A stretch of DNA of 32,000 nucleotides from Candidatus Nanohalobium constans (GCF_009617975.1 NZ_CP040089.1:900001-932000); one strand, 5' to 3'; shown: positions 23,972 through 32,000, numbered from the stretch's first letter. Numbers and translations: made by a program. The notes: a model not told the origin generated them from the sequence alone.

Positions 23972-25153
23972 GTGGTTGTGACAAAACGATACATCATAAT
24001 TGGAGATGGGATAGCTGGCGCCACGGCAGCGGAAAATATTAGAGACAGGGATGAAGATGCTGAGATCAAGGTTTTCACGGATGAAGATACTGCGTTGTAC
24101 AATCGTATCATGTTGAAGAATTACATGAAGGGTACTTTGCCTAAGCAGTATACTCAGATGCATGACATGAACTGGTATGAGAAAAGAGATATTGATCTGC
24201 ATTTGGAGACCAGAGTTGAGGAAGTTGATACCATGGAGAAAGTGGTTTCTGCAGGCGATGAGGATTATTCTTATGATAAATTACTTGTCGCTACAGGCGG
24301 CGCCCCCCGAAAACTGCCTCAAGATGAAAATTTTGAGAATCTACATTATATGTGGACGATGAATGATGCCACTGAAATCAAGGAGTCGGCTGAAGAGGCT
24401 GAAGAGGCTGTAGTAGTTGGTGGAGGGCTTCTAGGGATTGATTTAGCGATGGCTTATGCTTCGAATGATTGCGAAACTCATTATCTGATCAGGGGAAGTA
24501 ACTGGTGGCGTAGAGGTCTTGATGAGGAAGGTGCAGAAATTATTCATCAGAAGATGGAGGAGAAAGGTGTCAATGTAGTAACCGAGACGGAAGTCAGCAG
24601 TTTAGAAGGCGGGGGAGAGGTTGAGAAAGTAATCTCTCAGGACGGCAGAGAGTTTGAATGTGATGAGGTTGCTGTAGCTATTGGTCAGACTCCTAATTCG
24701 GACATAATTGATGTGGAGAAGAATGAAGTCGGCATGATCAAAACTGATGAGTACTTGGAGACCTCTGCTGAAGGAGTTTTTGCCGCTGGGAACATGGTTG
24801 AGTACGAGTCTCCTGTGTTTGAGAAGAGGGCTGTGAATGGTTCCTGGGATCACTCAGAGGCAATGGGAGAACGGGCAGGAGCAAACATGGTCGGAGAGAA
24901 AGCCGAGTTTGATTTCGTGAATACTTACGGTGTCGGCCATTTCGATGTACAGTTCCTAGCAATCGGCGACTGGAACGGAGAACCGGTTTCAAAGAAATAC
25001 TCCGAAGACGAGTACAGAAGGCTCTTTTTCGATGGGGATAGATTGGTGGGCGCGGTTATGATCGGTTATACGAAAGGTCAGAAAGAGTTGAAGAGTATGA
25101 TTAAGGAGAAGAAAGAAGTTAACGATAAAGAGGAATTAATTAGTCAAGACTAG
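23972..25153 (+). CDS. FAD/NAD(P)-dependent pyridine nucleotide-disulfide-family oxidoreductase (ferredoxin/rubredoxin-reductase-like), GTG start
   Basis: The first dinucleotide fold is YIIIGDGIAGATAAENI and the second is AVVVGGGLLGIDLAMA. It also has ATGGAPR and VFAAGN motifs. No N-terminal redox CxxxxC is present. Confidence 0.85.
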   Translation: MVVTKRYIIIGDGIAGATAAENIRDRDEDAEIKVFTDEDTALYNRIMLKNYMKGTLPKQYTQMHDMNWYEKRDIDLHLETRVEEVDTMEKVVSAGDEDYSYDKLLVATGGAPRKLPQDENFENLHYMWTMNDATEIKESAEEAEEAVVVGGGLLGIDLAMAYASNDCETHYLIRGSNWWRRGLDEEGAEIIHQKMEEKGVNVVTETEVSSLEGGGEVEKVISQDGREFECDEVAVAIGQTPNSDIIDVEKNEVGMIKTDEYLETSAEGVFAAGNMVEYESPVFEKRAVNGSWDHSEAMGERAGANMVGEKAEFDFVNTYGVGHFDVQFLAIGDWNGEPVSKKYSEDEYRRLFFDGDRLVGAVMIGYTKGQKELKSMIKEKKEVNDKEELISQD

Positions 25154-25525
25154 TTCTTTTTCGACCTGGTCTTTTAGCTGGAATAGCATGTTTTCGACTA
25201 TTTCGTCATCTTCGTTGTATGTGTTAGAAGTAGCCATAGCGTTCTTATCATGAGGGCTGCCTCCAAGATAGCAGTTTCTTCCTGGTCCACTTATTATCAC
25301 TCCAGGATTATCATAGTCTCCAACAGCTCTTACCGAATATTCACTAAGATCAACATCTTGCATATTCGGAGTTTCAGTATCAAACACATCGCTCTCATCA
25401 TGATCGCCTTGAGCAACCTTCTCAAGATATTCAGGTTCTAATCTACTTTCAAAAAATTCAACAACATATTCAACAGCTTCATCTGTAGTGTCAAGCCCTG
25501 AGACTTCATCAGAATCCAATAACAT
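25136..25525 (-). CDS. Hypothetical acidic protein (129 aa)
   Basis: The ORF fills the gap and overlaps the convergent oxidoreductase gene by 18 nt. No recognisable motif. Confidence 0.45.
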   Translation of the reverse strand: MLLDSDEVSGLDTTDEAVEYVVEFFESRLEPEYLEKVAQGDHDESDVFDTETPNMQDVDLSEYSVRAVGDYDNPGVIISGPGRNCYLGGSPHDKNAMATSNTYNEDDEIVENMLFQLKDQVEKELVLTN

Positions 25526-25581
25526 ATGTAAATGTTAGCAACAAATAATTTAATCTTTAAGCTGGCGCACATTACAAAAAG

Positions 25582-26586
25582 CTATTCGTGCTCAATTTCT
25601 ACTTCATCCAAGACGCTTAATGCGTCTGGAGAGACAAAAGCAAGGTCTTGCCAGTCCTTTGTCATTCTTGGACAAGCACAGTTGACATAGACATCAATAC
25701 CGTAGCCTTTGTAATCTGGTTCGAAGATGCGGTCTTCTACAAATACATAGACATCTTTACCATGCTTTTCCAGTTTCTCTTTGGCTATCTGGACTGCTCT
25801 TCTGTAGTTCTGACCTTTCTTGGAGCTAGTTACTATTCCCCATTTCTTCTTATCTTTGTGCTTTATGACCCGAGCGTGCTCTGCTCTTGTCTCGTCGTCG
25901 AGGCTGTTTGCTGGTTCTACCCAGATATGCTCCTCGTAAGGATCAACAACATAGACTTTCTCTCCTGTCTCGCTGACTTGTGAGGGGTGGAAGTGTCCAC
26001 TGCCGAGGAATACGAATGCGTCGACCTTTTCCGCGATATTATGTGCTGCTCCTGCGTCACAGCCAAGGACCTGTCCTGGTTCGGTTGTTCTTAGTCCTGT
26101 TTTGCCTTCTACTACTTCGTATCCTTTTTCTTCTAGGAATTCTCTTGCTTCTTCGGCTCTGTCCATGTACTGCGTTACTCCGACTAGACCTACTGTTTCT
26201 TCTTCTATCTCCTCATAGTGTTCTCTGAGGGTTGGCATGATTTCTCGGTCTTCTCTGTATGGCAGGTAGTATACATTGAAGTCGTCCATGTCCGCTCCTT
26301 CAGGGTGAAGAAATCTGGTGTGACCTACATGAATCAATGCTTCAGCCCCCATCCTCTCAGCCTTCTCATCCGCTATACCGCAAGCTCCAAAGGTTGAGGC
26401 GCCTATCATAACCGGTTCTATACCTTCATTCCGGAGCTTGTCCGCATAAGTGATTAGTTCATCTTTGATTCCGTCAGGTCCTTGAAGAGCTACTTTATCG
26501 TAGCCTTCTTTCTTGACTTCTTCTAGGACTTCTGATAGTTCTTCGTAGTTCCACTGTTCGCGGGCTTCCTGCTTTTGTTCTGTCAT
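25582..26586 (-). CDS. dph2: Diphthamide synthesis enzyme Dph2 (2-(3-amino-3-carboxypropyl)histidine synthase)
   Basis: 334 aa. It has the three-domain layout with spaced Cys residues in GACGIADEKA, VLGCDAGAAHNI and VNCACPRM (4Fe-4S ligand pattern of archaeal Dph2). The N-terminus is YDKVALQGPDG. Confidence 0.85.
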   Translation of the reverse strand: MTEQKQEAREQWNYEELSEVLEEVKKEGYDKVALQGPDGIKDELITYADKLRNEGIEPVMIGASTFGACGIADEKAERMGAEALIHVGHTRFLHPEGADMDDFNVYYLPYREDREIMPTLREHYEEIEEETVGLVGVTQYMDRAEEAREFLEEKGYEVVEGKTGLRTTEPGQVLGCDAGAAHNIAEKVDAFVFLGSGHFHPSQVSETGEKVYVVDPYEEHIWVEPANSLDDETRAEHARVIKHKDKKKWGIVTSSKKGQNYRRAVQIAKEKLEKHGKDVYVFVEDRIFEPDYKGYGIDVYVNCACPRMTKDWQDLAFVSPDALSVLDEVEIEHE

Positions 26587-26613
26587 AAAGTAGAAGTGGT
26601 GAGGAAAACTTTT

Positions 26614-28056
26614 TTAGTCACGTATCTGATCTAGCATGAACTTCTTCTCAGCTCTCAAAACCTGTTTCCTGAATCCCTCTTTTTCATCCTCTGGAACCGC
26701 CAAGACCTCAACACCATTTTCAACCACAGAATAAAGTAAACTGTCCGAAGCTTCATCCAAAGCAAGAACACGGATGTCTGAAACTGTTTCCAAAGCCTTG
26801 ACTAGTGCTTCACTGCTTATCTCTCTTGAGTCAACTAGCTCAGGGCTTTCAGCCAGTATTTCTTCACATGTTTCAGCGAACTCTACTTCAGAATCCTGAA
26901 TATTGAAAGGATTTTCCAGCAGCTGTGGAAAGTCTCTGATGGACCTGATTTCGATAGCTGTAACACTTGATACTCCTGGCACAGTTTCAGAGGTTTCTTC
27001 TGTGTTCTGATTGTTTCGTGGCCTCCTTCCTGGTTCTTGCTGGGATTCGTTTTCCGTGTTTATTTTATCGGTGCTTTGAAGTGAGAAAACTGCTGGAATT
27101 CCTTTTCTGCGGGCTTCCTGCGCTTTTGTGGATGTAAAACCTCCTTTCCGTGCTACCTGCGGAATGTTGATATCTTCTGGTTTGTCGACTAATCTGTAGT
27201 CTTCTCCCTGTCTGCCTGTTATCTCTCCTTCTGAAACCTTGAGTGCTTCGAGATCAGGATCTACATTAAGAGAGTCGGTTTGGAAGGCGTCTACAATGTA
27301 GAATGTTCCTCTCTTGTATACAAACTTTAGGCTCACTCCTTCGCGCTCTGCTTTCTTAGCCAAGTCCCGTACTTCGCTGTCCTGGAATGTTTGACTGTTT
27401 TTTGAGACTGTTCTAGTTCTTCTCTGTCCATTCATAGGGTTTCGAGTTACCTTCACCTGTTTTCGTGGTACTCGAGTATCAATTATAGATTTGTTTTGTA
27501 ATAGGTAGAACTCTGGGACTGTGCCACCTTCTTCCAGGCTATGTCCTAGTCCTTCTACTACTTCAACTATAGAATGTCTTCTCGTATAATTTTGTACTAC
27601 TGCTCCCGTATAGTCTGGTTCTATCATTTTCTGGAATATTACTGCGGGCGTAGAATCGTTTTCCTGGTAGTAAGATGCTAGAACTTCTTTCAATGCAGTT
27701 TCCAGGTCCGAAGATCCTACATTGAGCCTGTACTTGGATTGGCTGTCGCCGTCAGAAATTCTTACCGATACCCTCTGGTTTTCTCTCTGGCCTCCGACAA
27801 GATCTCTGGCTTGTCCTGAAGCTTTTCTGACTTCGCTGCTCATCCCTATATCATCGTAGGCATCGTATATCTCTTCGGATAGTTCTTCCGGTACTTCAGA
27901 GTTCAGTAACTGCCTGGGATCATTTTTCAGGTATTTCCCAACCTCTCTCTTAGTCAGTACGAAGAAATTAGGTACTTCAAAAGCCTGTATAGAGCCTAGT
28001 TGAGCTGCTTTACTGCCGACCTGCTTCCTGTCCAAGTTACCTTTCCACTGAACCAT
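26614..28056 (-). CDS. PEP-utilising-enzyme-like protein: PPDK_N-type ATP-grasp, a swivel-domain remnant with Thr at the phospho-His position, and an acidic C-terminal domain
   Basis: The N-terminus VGSKAAQLGSIQAFEVPNFFVLT resembles GGKxAxLGE...VPxGF of PEP synthase/PPDK. KRGTFYIVDAFQ resembles the LxILQxRP end of the ATP-grasp. GGFTSTKAQEARRKGIPAV aligns in register with GGxTSHAAIxARxxGIPAV. Confidence 0.6.
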   Translation of the reverse strand: MVQWKGNLDRKQVGSKAAQLGSIQAFEVPNFFVLTKREVGKYLKNDPRQLLNSEVPEELSEEIYDAYDDIGMSSEVRKASGQARDLVGGQRENQRVSVRISDGDSQSKYRLNVGSSDLETALKEVLASYYQENDSTPAVIFQKMIEPDYTGAVVQNYTRRHSIVEVVEGLGHSLEEGGTVPEFYLLQNKSIIDTRVPRKQVKVTRNPMNGQRRTRTVSKNSQTFQDSEVRDLAKKAEREGVSLKFVYKRGTFYIVDAFQTDSLNVDPDLEALKVSEGEITGRQGEDYRLVDKPEDINIPQVARKGGFTSTKAQEARRKGIPAVFSLQSTDKINTENESQQEPGRRPRNNQNTEETSETVPGVSSVTAIEIRSIRDFPQLLENPFNIQDSEVEFAETCEEILAESPELVDSREISSEALVKALETVSDIRVLALDEASDSLLYSVVENGVEVLAVPEDEKEGFRKQVLRAEKKFMLDQIRD

Positions 28057-28089
28057 TAAGAAAAAGTTAGGTTTAGTTGGTTAAAATCT

Positions 28090-28611
28090 TTACTGGTCAA
28101 GCTTGACTCTGCATTTGACAGGCATCTTGTGAGTAGCCCGTTCAAGTGCCCTCCTAGCTTCCTGGACATCCCCTTCATCGACATCAATCTTGTAGACTTT
28201 CTGTCCTTCATCGATGATCGCTGATCGTCCAATCGGTCGTCCGAAAGGCTTACGCATACCTTCATAGTAACGGTCTGCCTGTGCTACACCAGCTAACGGG
28301 TGGTAACGCAAAACATGATGCGGATACGGAAGAATCTTCGCAAAGTAATCCTCTTCAGGATCCATAACCTTGTTTAAGTGAGATGTGATTGCGATTCTGC
28401 CGGCTTCCAATGCCTCACTTCTAATATTGACATCTTCCTCGACAACCAGTTTAACCGTCTTCTCAAAATCCCCATTCTTCACTCCCATATCATACTGAGT
28501 GACTCGTGGAGCTGGAGCCCCTTTGATGAAGTTATCGCTCTTCTTCTGACTCTGCCGCGTATACGGCTGACTTGGTTGCTCTCTGTAAATCCTTGCCGGT
28601 CGATCTCCCAT
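28090..28611 (-). CDS. rpl10e: 50S ribosomal protein uL16 (L10e)
   Basis: From Met46 of the tracked ORF the sequence is MGDRPARIYREQPSQPYTRQSQKKSDNFIKGAPAPRVTQYDMG...RIAITSHL...GMRKPFGRPIG. At 173 aa it has the typical L10e size. Confidence 0.9.
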   Translation of the reverse strand: MGDRPARIYREQPSQPYTRQSQKKSDNFIKGAPAPRVTQYDMGVKNGDFEKTVKLVVEEDVNIRSEALEAGRIAITSHLNKVMDPEEDYFAKILPYPHHVLRYHPLAGVAQADRYYEGMRKPFGRPIGRSAIIDEGQKVYKIDVDEGDVQEARRALERATHKMPVKCRVKLDQ

Positions 28612-28666
28612 AGTTTTGAAAACCTCGTAGAAAACAACAGTCAGATTAAATTTTAAATAGGGAAGG

Positions 28667-29089
28667 CTATTCAAAGTATCCTTTTTCTGAAATTTTGTCA
28701 AGGTATTCAGCAGCATCCTCTGCCAGATCATCATCCAACAATGCAAAAACTTGACAACCTCTCACAGCCTGATTCTCACTTTTGTTCTCCATGCCCGCCA
28801 TGATGCTCATTATGCCGAAATAAAGATCCTCAAGTTCATCATCTCTCAAACCGAGGTTGTATTCTTCTTCAACCCTTCCGACAGCATATTCCTGCAGCGA
28901 ATCAAATTCTCCAGATATGTAGCCATCCAAAAATTCTCTACCCCAACTATCCTTAGAATAAAGCCTGAAAGCTGCTTTTATTAGGTCCGACTTCTTATTT
29001 CCGTCCTCTTCAAGCATACTTTCGGCAGGGTCGCTAAACTCATCAGGAACTCTACCGCTTTGAGTGGTAGTTGTATTTTTACCAGACAT
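28667..29089 (-). CDS. Hypothetical acidic protein (140 aa from the ATG at 29089)
   Basis: The ORF fills the gap, and AGGT lies 5 nt before the ATG. No recognisable motif. Confidence 0.45.
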   Translation of the reverse strand: MSGKNTTTTQSGRVPDEFSDPAESMLEEDGNKKSDLIKAAFRLYSKDSWGREFLDGYISGEFDSLQEYAVGRVEEEYNLGLRDDELEDLYFGIMSIMAGMENKSENQAVRGCQVFALLDDDLAEDAAEYLDKISEKGYFE

Positions 29090-29170
29090 ATTACCTATAA
29101 GTGGCAACAAAATATAAAAGCTTTGGGGCTATTGACTACTTTTTTAGTCTAATATTGAGATAGTTTTAAT

Positions 29171-30427
29171 GTGACAGTTCACATCTTTCAAATTGGCTGC
29201 AGGGACTTTGGAAAGTATGGTTTTGAGAAGCTTGTTGATAAGGAGAGATTTTTTCCTGAGGATGTAGTTTTGGAAGGTGTTTGTGAGAAGGATTTCGAAA
29301 GGAGAGAGCAAGCTGAGAGGTTTGCTAGGTCTTCTGGAGTTGAGTTAGATTTTTATGATCGGGTTGACGAGCTTTATGATGTTGCTCAGGATGTGGATGG
29401 AACTGTTTTGATTTATGATGCTGGTCCTGTTCAGAGGCATTCGGATCATATTCAGCGTTCGTTGAGAAATGATTTCTATCATTTGGCGGAAAAGCCTCCT
29501 TCTTTGAGTCGTGAAGAGCATATAGCGGAGAGAAAACTGGCTACAAAACATAATGTGCATTATAAAGTTGATTTTATTGAAAGAGAGAGCCCTGTAATTA
29601 AGAAGGCTAGGGAAGTAGTGGAGAAAGCAGATGTTGAAAGTATAAAGGTTTTCCGTGAGTCTTCTGCAGGGGTTCAACGGATTTTGAAGCCTGTTGAGCA
29701 TGTTCATATGAATGAGGGTTGTGTGCTTGACAAAATGATTCATGATATCTATATTATGGACTTTCTGGAAGGCAGGGATGTTGAGTTAGATGGTGTGGAG
29801 AATGTTTCGTTTATGCCTCGGAGTCTGGGCGGGGAGAAGCTGTTGAGGATTGATGGCGGCTCTTCAAGAGATGTGTCGTCAGAGATTTCACTGGGCAGTG
29901 TTTCAGCTTCTTTCTCCGCAGACAGCACAGATATCAGTCTTAATGCCTCCTGGCTGGGTCTTTCCAACGAGGCAAAAATTTACGATAGAGATGTCCGTGA
30001 GAAATTTGATGAAGATCTTACAGAGTCCGTTTACAGCGAGATAGAGGACAAAGGCTTCCTGGACGAGGAGGCTCGTTTCTTCGTAATTAAAGAGGAAAAA
30101 AGGACGATTGTAGGAGATCTGCTGCACTCAGCGCTCTACGACCTAGAGAACGGTACAGAGTTTGACGTAGATGTTTATCCTCGCGACCAGCTCTACAGAG
30201 TCCTGGAGAGAGCAATTGTAGACGCCGCAGGAGGAGACGTAGAGGATGTCAGCGAAACCGAGCTAGATGTATTCATGAACGCATTGTTCGATGTCCAGGA
30301 TATGGCAGGGAGTAAAGACATAGAAGTATTTGATGCAGTAGACAGCTCCACGGAAAAAATTCGCTCCATGATCATAAATGATAAAACTGAGTTAGACAAG
30401 GATGACTTGAAAGGTGTCGCAAGTTGA
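29171..30427 (+). CDS. Gfo/Idh/MocA-like NAD(P)-dependent oxidoreductase (possible sugar-nucleotide dehydrogenase), GTG start
   Basis: The N-terminal Rossmann-like segment is HIFQIGCRDFGKYG. The segment YDAGPVQRHSDHIQRSLRNDFYHLAEKPPSLSREEH matches the xTPxxxHxxxxxxALxxGKHVxxEKP pattern, including the EKP motif. It overlaps the next gene by 4 nt. Confidence 0.5.
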   Translation: MTVHIFQIGCRDFGKYGFEKLVDKERFFPEDVVLEGVCEKDFERREQAERFARSSGVELDFYDRVDELYDVAQDVDGTVLIYDAGPVQRHSDHIQRSLRNDFYHLAEKPPSLSREEHIAERKLATKHNVHYKVDFIERESPVIKKAREVVEKADVESIKVFRESSAGVQRILKPVEHVHMNEGCVLDKMIHDIYIMDFLEGRDVELDGVENVSFMPRSLGGEKLLRIDGGSSRDVSSEISLGSVSASFSADSTDISLNASWLGLSNEAKIYDRDVREKFDEDLTESVYSEIEDKGFLDEEARFFVIKEEKRTIVGDLLHSALYDLENGTEFDVDVYPRDQLYRVLERAIVDAAGGDVEDVSETELDVFMNALFDVQDMAGSKDIEVFDAVDSSTEKIRSMIINDKTELDKDDLKGVAS

Positions 30428-31524
30428 AAGCAATCATTCCATGCGCAGAAAAAGAGGAAAACCTGTTCCCCTTCTCCGAAACCAAGCCCACCGCACTCAT
30501 GCCGGTAATGGGCAAACCACTAATCGAACATAATATCGAAGCACTGGAGGAGAACGGAGTAGAGGAAATCTACATAGTTGTAAACCATCTGCAGGAACAG
30601 TTCTCAGACCGGTTTAAAGACAGAGACGGCGTAAAACTTGTACACCAGGAAGAACTGGACGGAACAGCGTCTGCAGTCAAAACATGCGACTTCATAGAGG
30701 ACGACTTCCTTGTATTAAACGGAGATGTTATAGTTTCCGAAAGAGATATCGGAAACCTTCTGCAAAAGTTCAGAAATACTGGAGAAACAAGTATACTTGC
30801 CACAGATGAGAAAGCACCTGAAAAGTTCGGAGTGCTCAGCATTCAGAACGACGAAGTAGCAGATATCCAGGAAAAACCCGAAGAACCAGAAAATCCACTG
30901 GTTAATACCGGTATCTATGTCTTTAGCCCGGAAATTTTCGAAGCTATAGAAGACCTGGAAGAAGACGAAACCAGTATCACCGACGCCGTCAGAGACCTGA
31001 TAGAGTCTGAAGGTGCTCGATTCGAACTAGTACAGGATTACTGGATCGATATAGGTTCAGGAGAGAAACTCTGGAAAGCAGATCAAATCAAAAGAGAATA
31101 CGAAATAGAAGAATCGGAAATAAGCGGAAAGGCAGAAGTAAGCGAAGACGCAGCCATAGAAGGAGAAGCAGTAGTTGAAGAAGGGGCAGAGATTAAGCCT
31201 GGAACAGTCATCGAAGGAAAATGCTTCATAGGAGAAAACAGTATTGTCGGTCCGAACACAACGATCAGAGGCTCAAGCATCGCCGATAACTCCCAGTTAG
31301 ATCACTGCAGTATTGAGAACAGCCTAGTTTTCGAGAGCAACATAGTTGACTCCTTCGTCGCAGTCGAAGGTACTGTGCTGGCAGAAGAATGCGACATAAA
31401 ATCAGGCACCGTAATCAGAGAATGCTTGATAGGTGCCAGAAGCTTTATCGACATGAACAACTCCATCAGAGGTACCAAGTTCGTACCTGACGCACGGACC
31501 GACCTGGGCGAAATCAGCAAGTAG
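30424..31524 (+). CDS. Sugar-1-phosphate nucleotidyltransferase-like protein with a C-terminal left-handed beta-helix (GlmU/ST0452-like architecture), TTG start
   Basis: It has PVMGKPLIEHNIEAL, ELDGTASAV, VLNGDV and IQEKPEEPENPLVNTGIYVF. The C-terminus carries hexapeptide-type repeats (IEGEAVVEEGAEIKPGTVIEGKCFIGENSIVGPNTTIRGSSI...). The N-terminal Gly-rich loop is degenerate (IIPCAEKEENLFPF). Confidence 0.8.
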   Translation: MKAIIPCAEKEENLFPFSETKPTALMPVMGKPLIEHNIEALEENGVEEIYIVVNHLQEQFSDRFKDRDGVKLVHQEELDGTASAVKTCDFIEDDFLVLNGDVIVSERDIGNLLQKFRNTGETSILATDEKAPEKFGVLSIQNDEVADIQEKPEEPENPLVNTGIYVFSPEIFEAIEDLEEDETSITDAVRDLIESEGARFELVQDYWIDIGSGEKLWKADQIKREYEIEESEISGKAEVSEDAAIEGEAVVEEGAEIKPGTVIEGKCFIGENSIVGPNTTIRGSSIADNSQLDHCSIENSLVFESNIVDSFVAVEGTVLAEECDIKSGTVIRECLIGARSFIDMNNSIRGTKFVPDARTDLGEISK

Positions 31525-31583
31525 GAACAGCCAGCATGAGAGCAGCCAGCAGGATATTAAATTCTTCTTGAGAAGTCATAATT

Positions 31584-32000
31584 GTGAAAGCAGTTATACT
31601 GGCAGCCGGCAAGTCAAGCCGTTTCAAGCCGCTCAGCGACAAGAGACACAAAGCACTGACAGAAGTAATGGGCAAACCACTGATCCAGCACACAATCGAC
31701 GCACTAAGAGATACAGAAGTAGAAGAAATCATAGTAGTTCAAGGACCTGAAAGAGAAATAGAGGATTCAGGCGTAGATGCTGACCGGTTTGTAGTGCAGG
31801 AAGAGCCAAAAGGTATGGGCAACGCACTCCAACAAGCTGAAAAATATCTAGAAAACAGGTTCCTGGTCCTAACACCTTACAGATCGAAGGCTTCAGAGCT
31901 CTACCAGCCAATGATTGACAAAGCAGAAGAAAATGATACTGAAACCATTTTCGTGGCATCAGAAACAGAAAACCCAGAGAAATACGGCATATTAGACATA
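31584..32000 (+). CDS. Sugar-phosphate nucleotidyltransferase, N-terminal part (GTG start; runs off the window)
   Basis: My own translation gives VKAVILAAGKSSRFKPLSDKRHKALTEVMGKPLIQHTIDAL...EEPKGMGNALQQA...PEKYGILDI. It has the canonical LAAGxxxRF loop and a GMGNAL (GTAxA-like) motif. It is absent from the ORF track because no stop lies inside the window. Confidence 0.75.
   Translation, partial: MKAVILAAGKSSRFKPLSDKRHKALTEVMGKPLIQHTIDALRDTEVEEIIVVQGPEREIEDSGVDADRFVVQEEPKGMGNALQQAEKYLENRFLVLTPYRSKASELYQPMIDKAEENDTETIFVASETENPEKYGILDI

Noticed and set aside
28612-28746. A 45-codon N-terminal extension of the uL16 ORF (MHCWMMIWQRM...).
   Set aside because: It is hydrophobic and Cys/Trp-rich, unlike any L10e. 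The canonical L10e N-terminus MGDRPARIY starts at 28611, with GAGGT upstream.
1-32000. A scan for CRISPR repeats, IS/transposase or integrase genes, rRNA genes, additional tRNAs, and SRP/RNase P RNA signatures.
   Set aside because: I saw no regularly spaced direct repeats, no DDE or tyrosine-recombinase-like ORFs, and no further T-arm (GTTCRAATC-type) or conserved ncRNA motifs by eye. A covariance-model scan would be needed to exclude small ncRNAs.

Overview
This is an archaeal chromosome segment with very tight gene packing and many ATGA/TTGA stop-start overlaps. The proteome is strongly acidic and the Shine-Dalgarno motif is GGTGA-like. I infer, without a database search, that it comes from a small-genome halophile of the DPANN/Nanohaloarchaeota type. 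The window holds five main blocks. (1) 1-8826 (-): the uL3-uL4-uL23-uL2-uS19-uL22-uS3-uL29-SUI1 ribosomal operon. A four-gene enzyme cassette (RsmC-like methyltransferase, two tandem RimJ/L-like GNATs, an APH-like kinase) sits between SUI1 and the RNase P protein Rpp29. (2) 9592-11140 (+): an ABC-2 exporter pair. (3) 11153-14490 (-): RtcB, small hydrophobic ORFs, archease, cytidylate kinase and a pilin. (4) 14053-22381: an 8.3-kb type IV pilus/Tad-like locus. It has a wHTH-acidic protein, a FlaI/PilB-type ATPase, a platform protein split into two genes, and seven proteins with class III (prepilin-type) signal peptides. (5) 22476-32000: a free-standing HTH-LAGLIDADG endonuclease next to an intron-containing tRNA-Asp, then an FAD oxidoreductase, Dph2, a PEP-utiliser-like protein whose phospho-His position is Thr, uL16 (L10e), and the start of a sugar-nucleotide cluster. 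I saw no CRISPR array, rRNA, transposase or integrase. The observations I rate highest are the pilus locus architecture, an apparent AUU start that restores a missed prepilin-like N-terminus, the LAGLIDADG/tRNA-intron neighbourhood, the enzyme cassette inside the ribosomal operon, and a kb-scale mosaic of keto-rich versus amino-rich strand composition that crosses gene boundaries.
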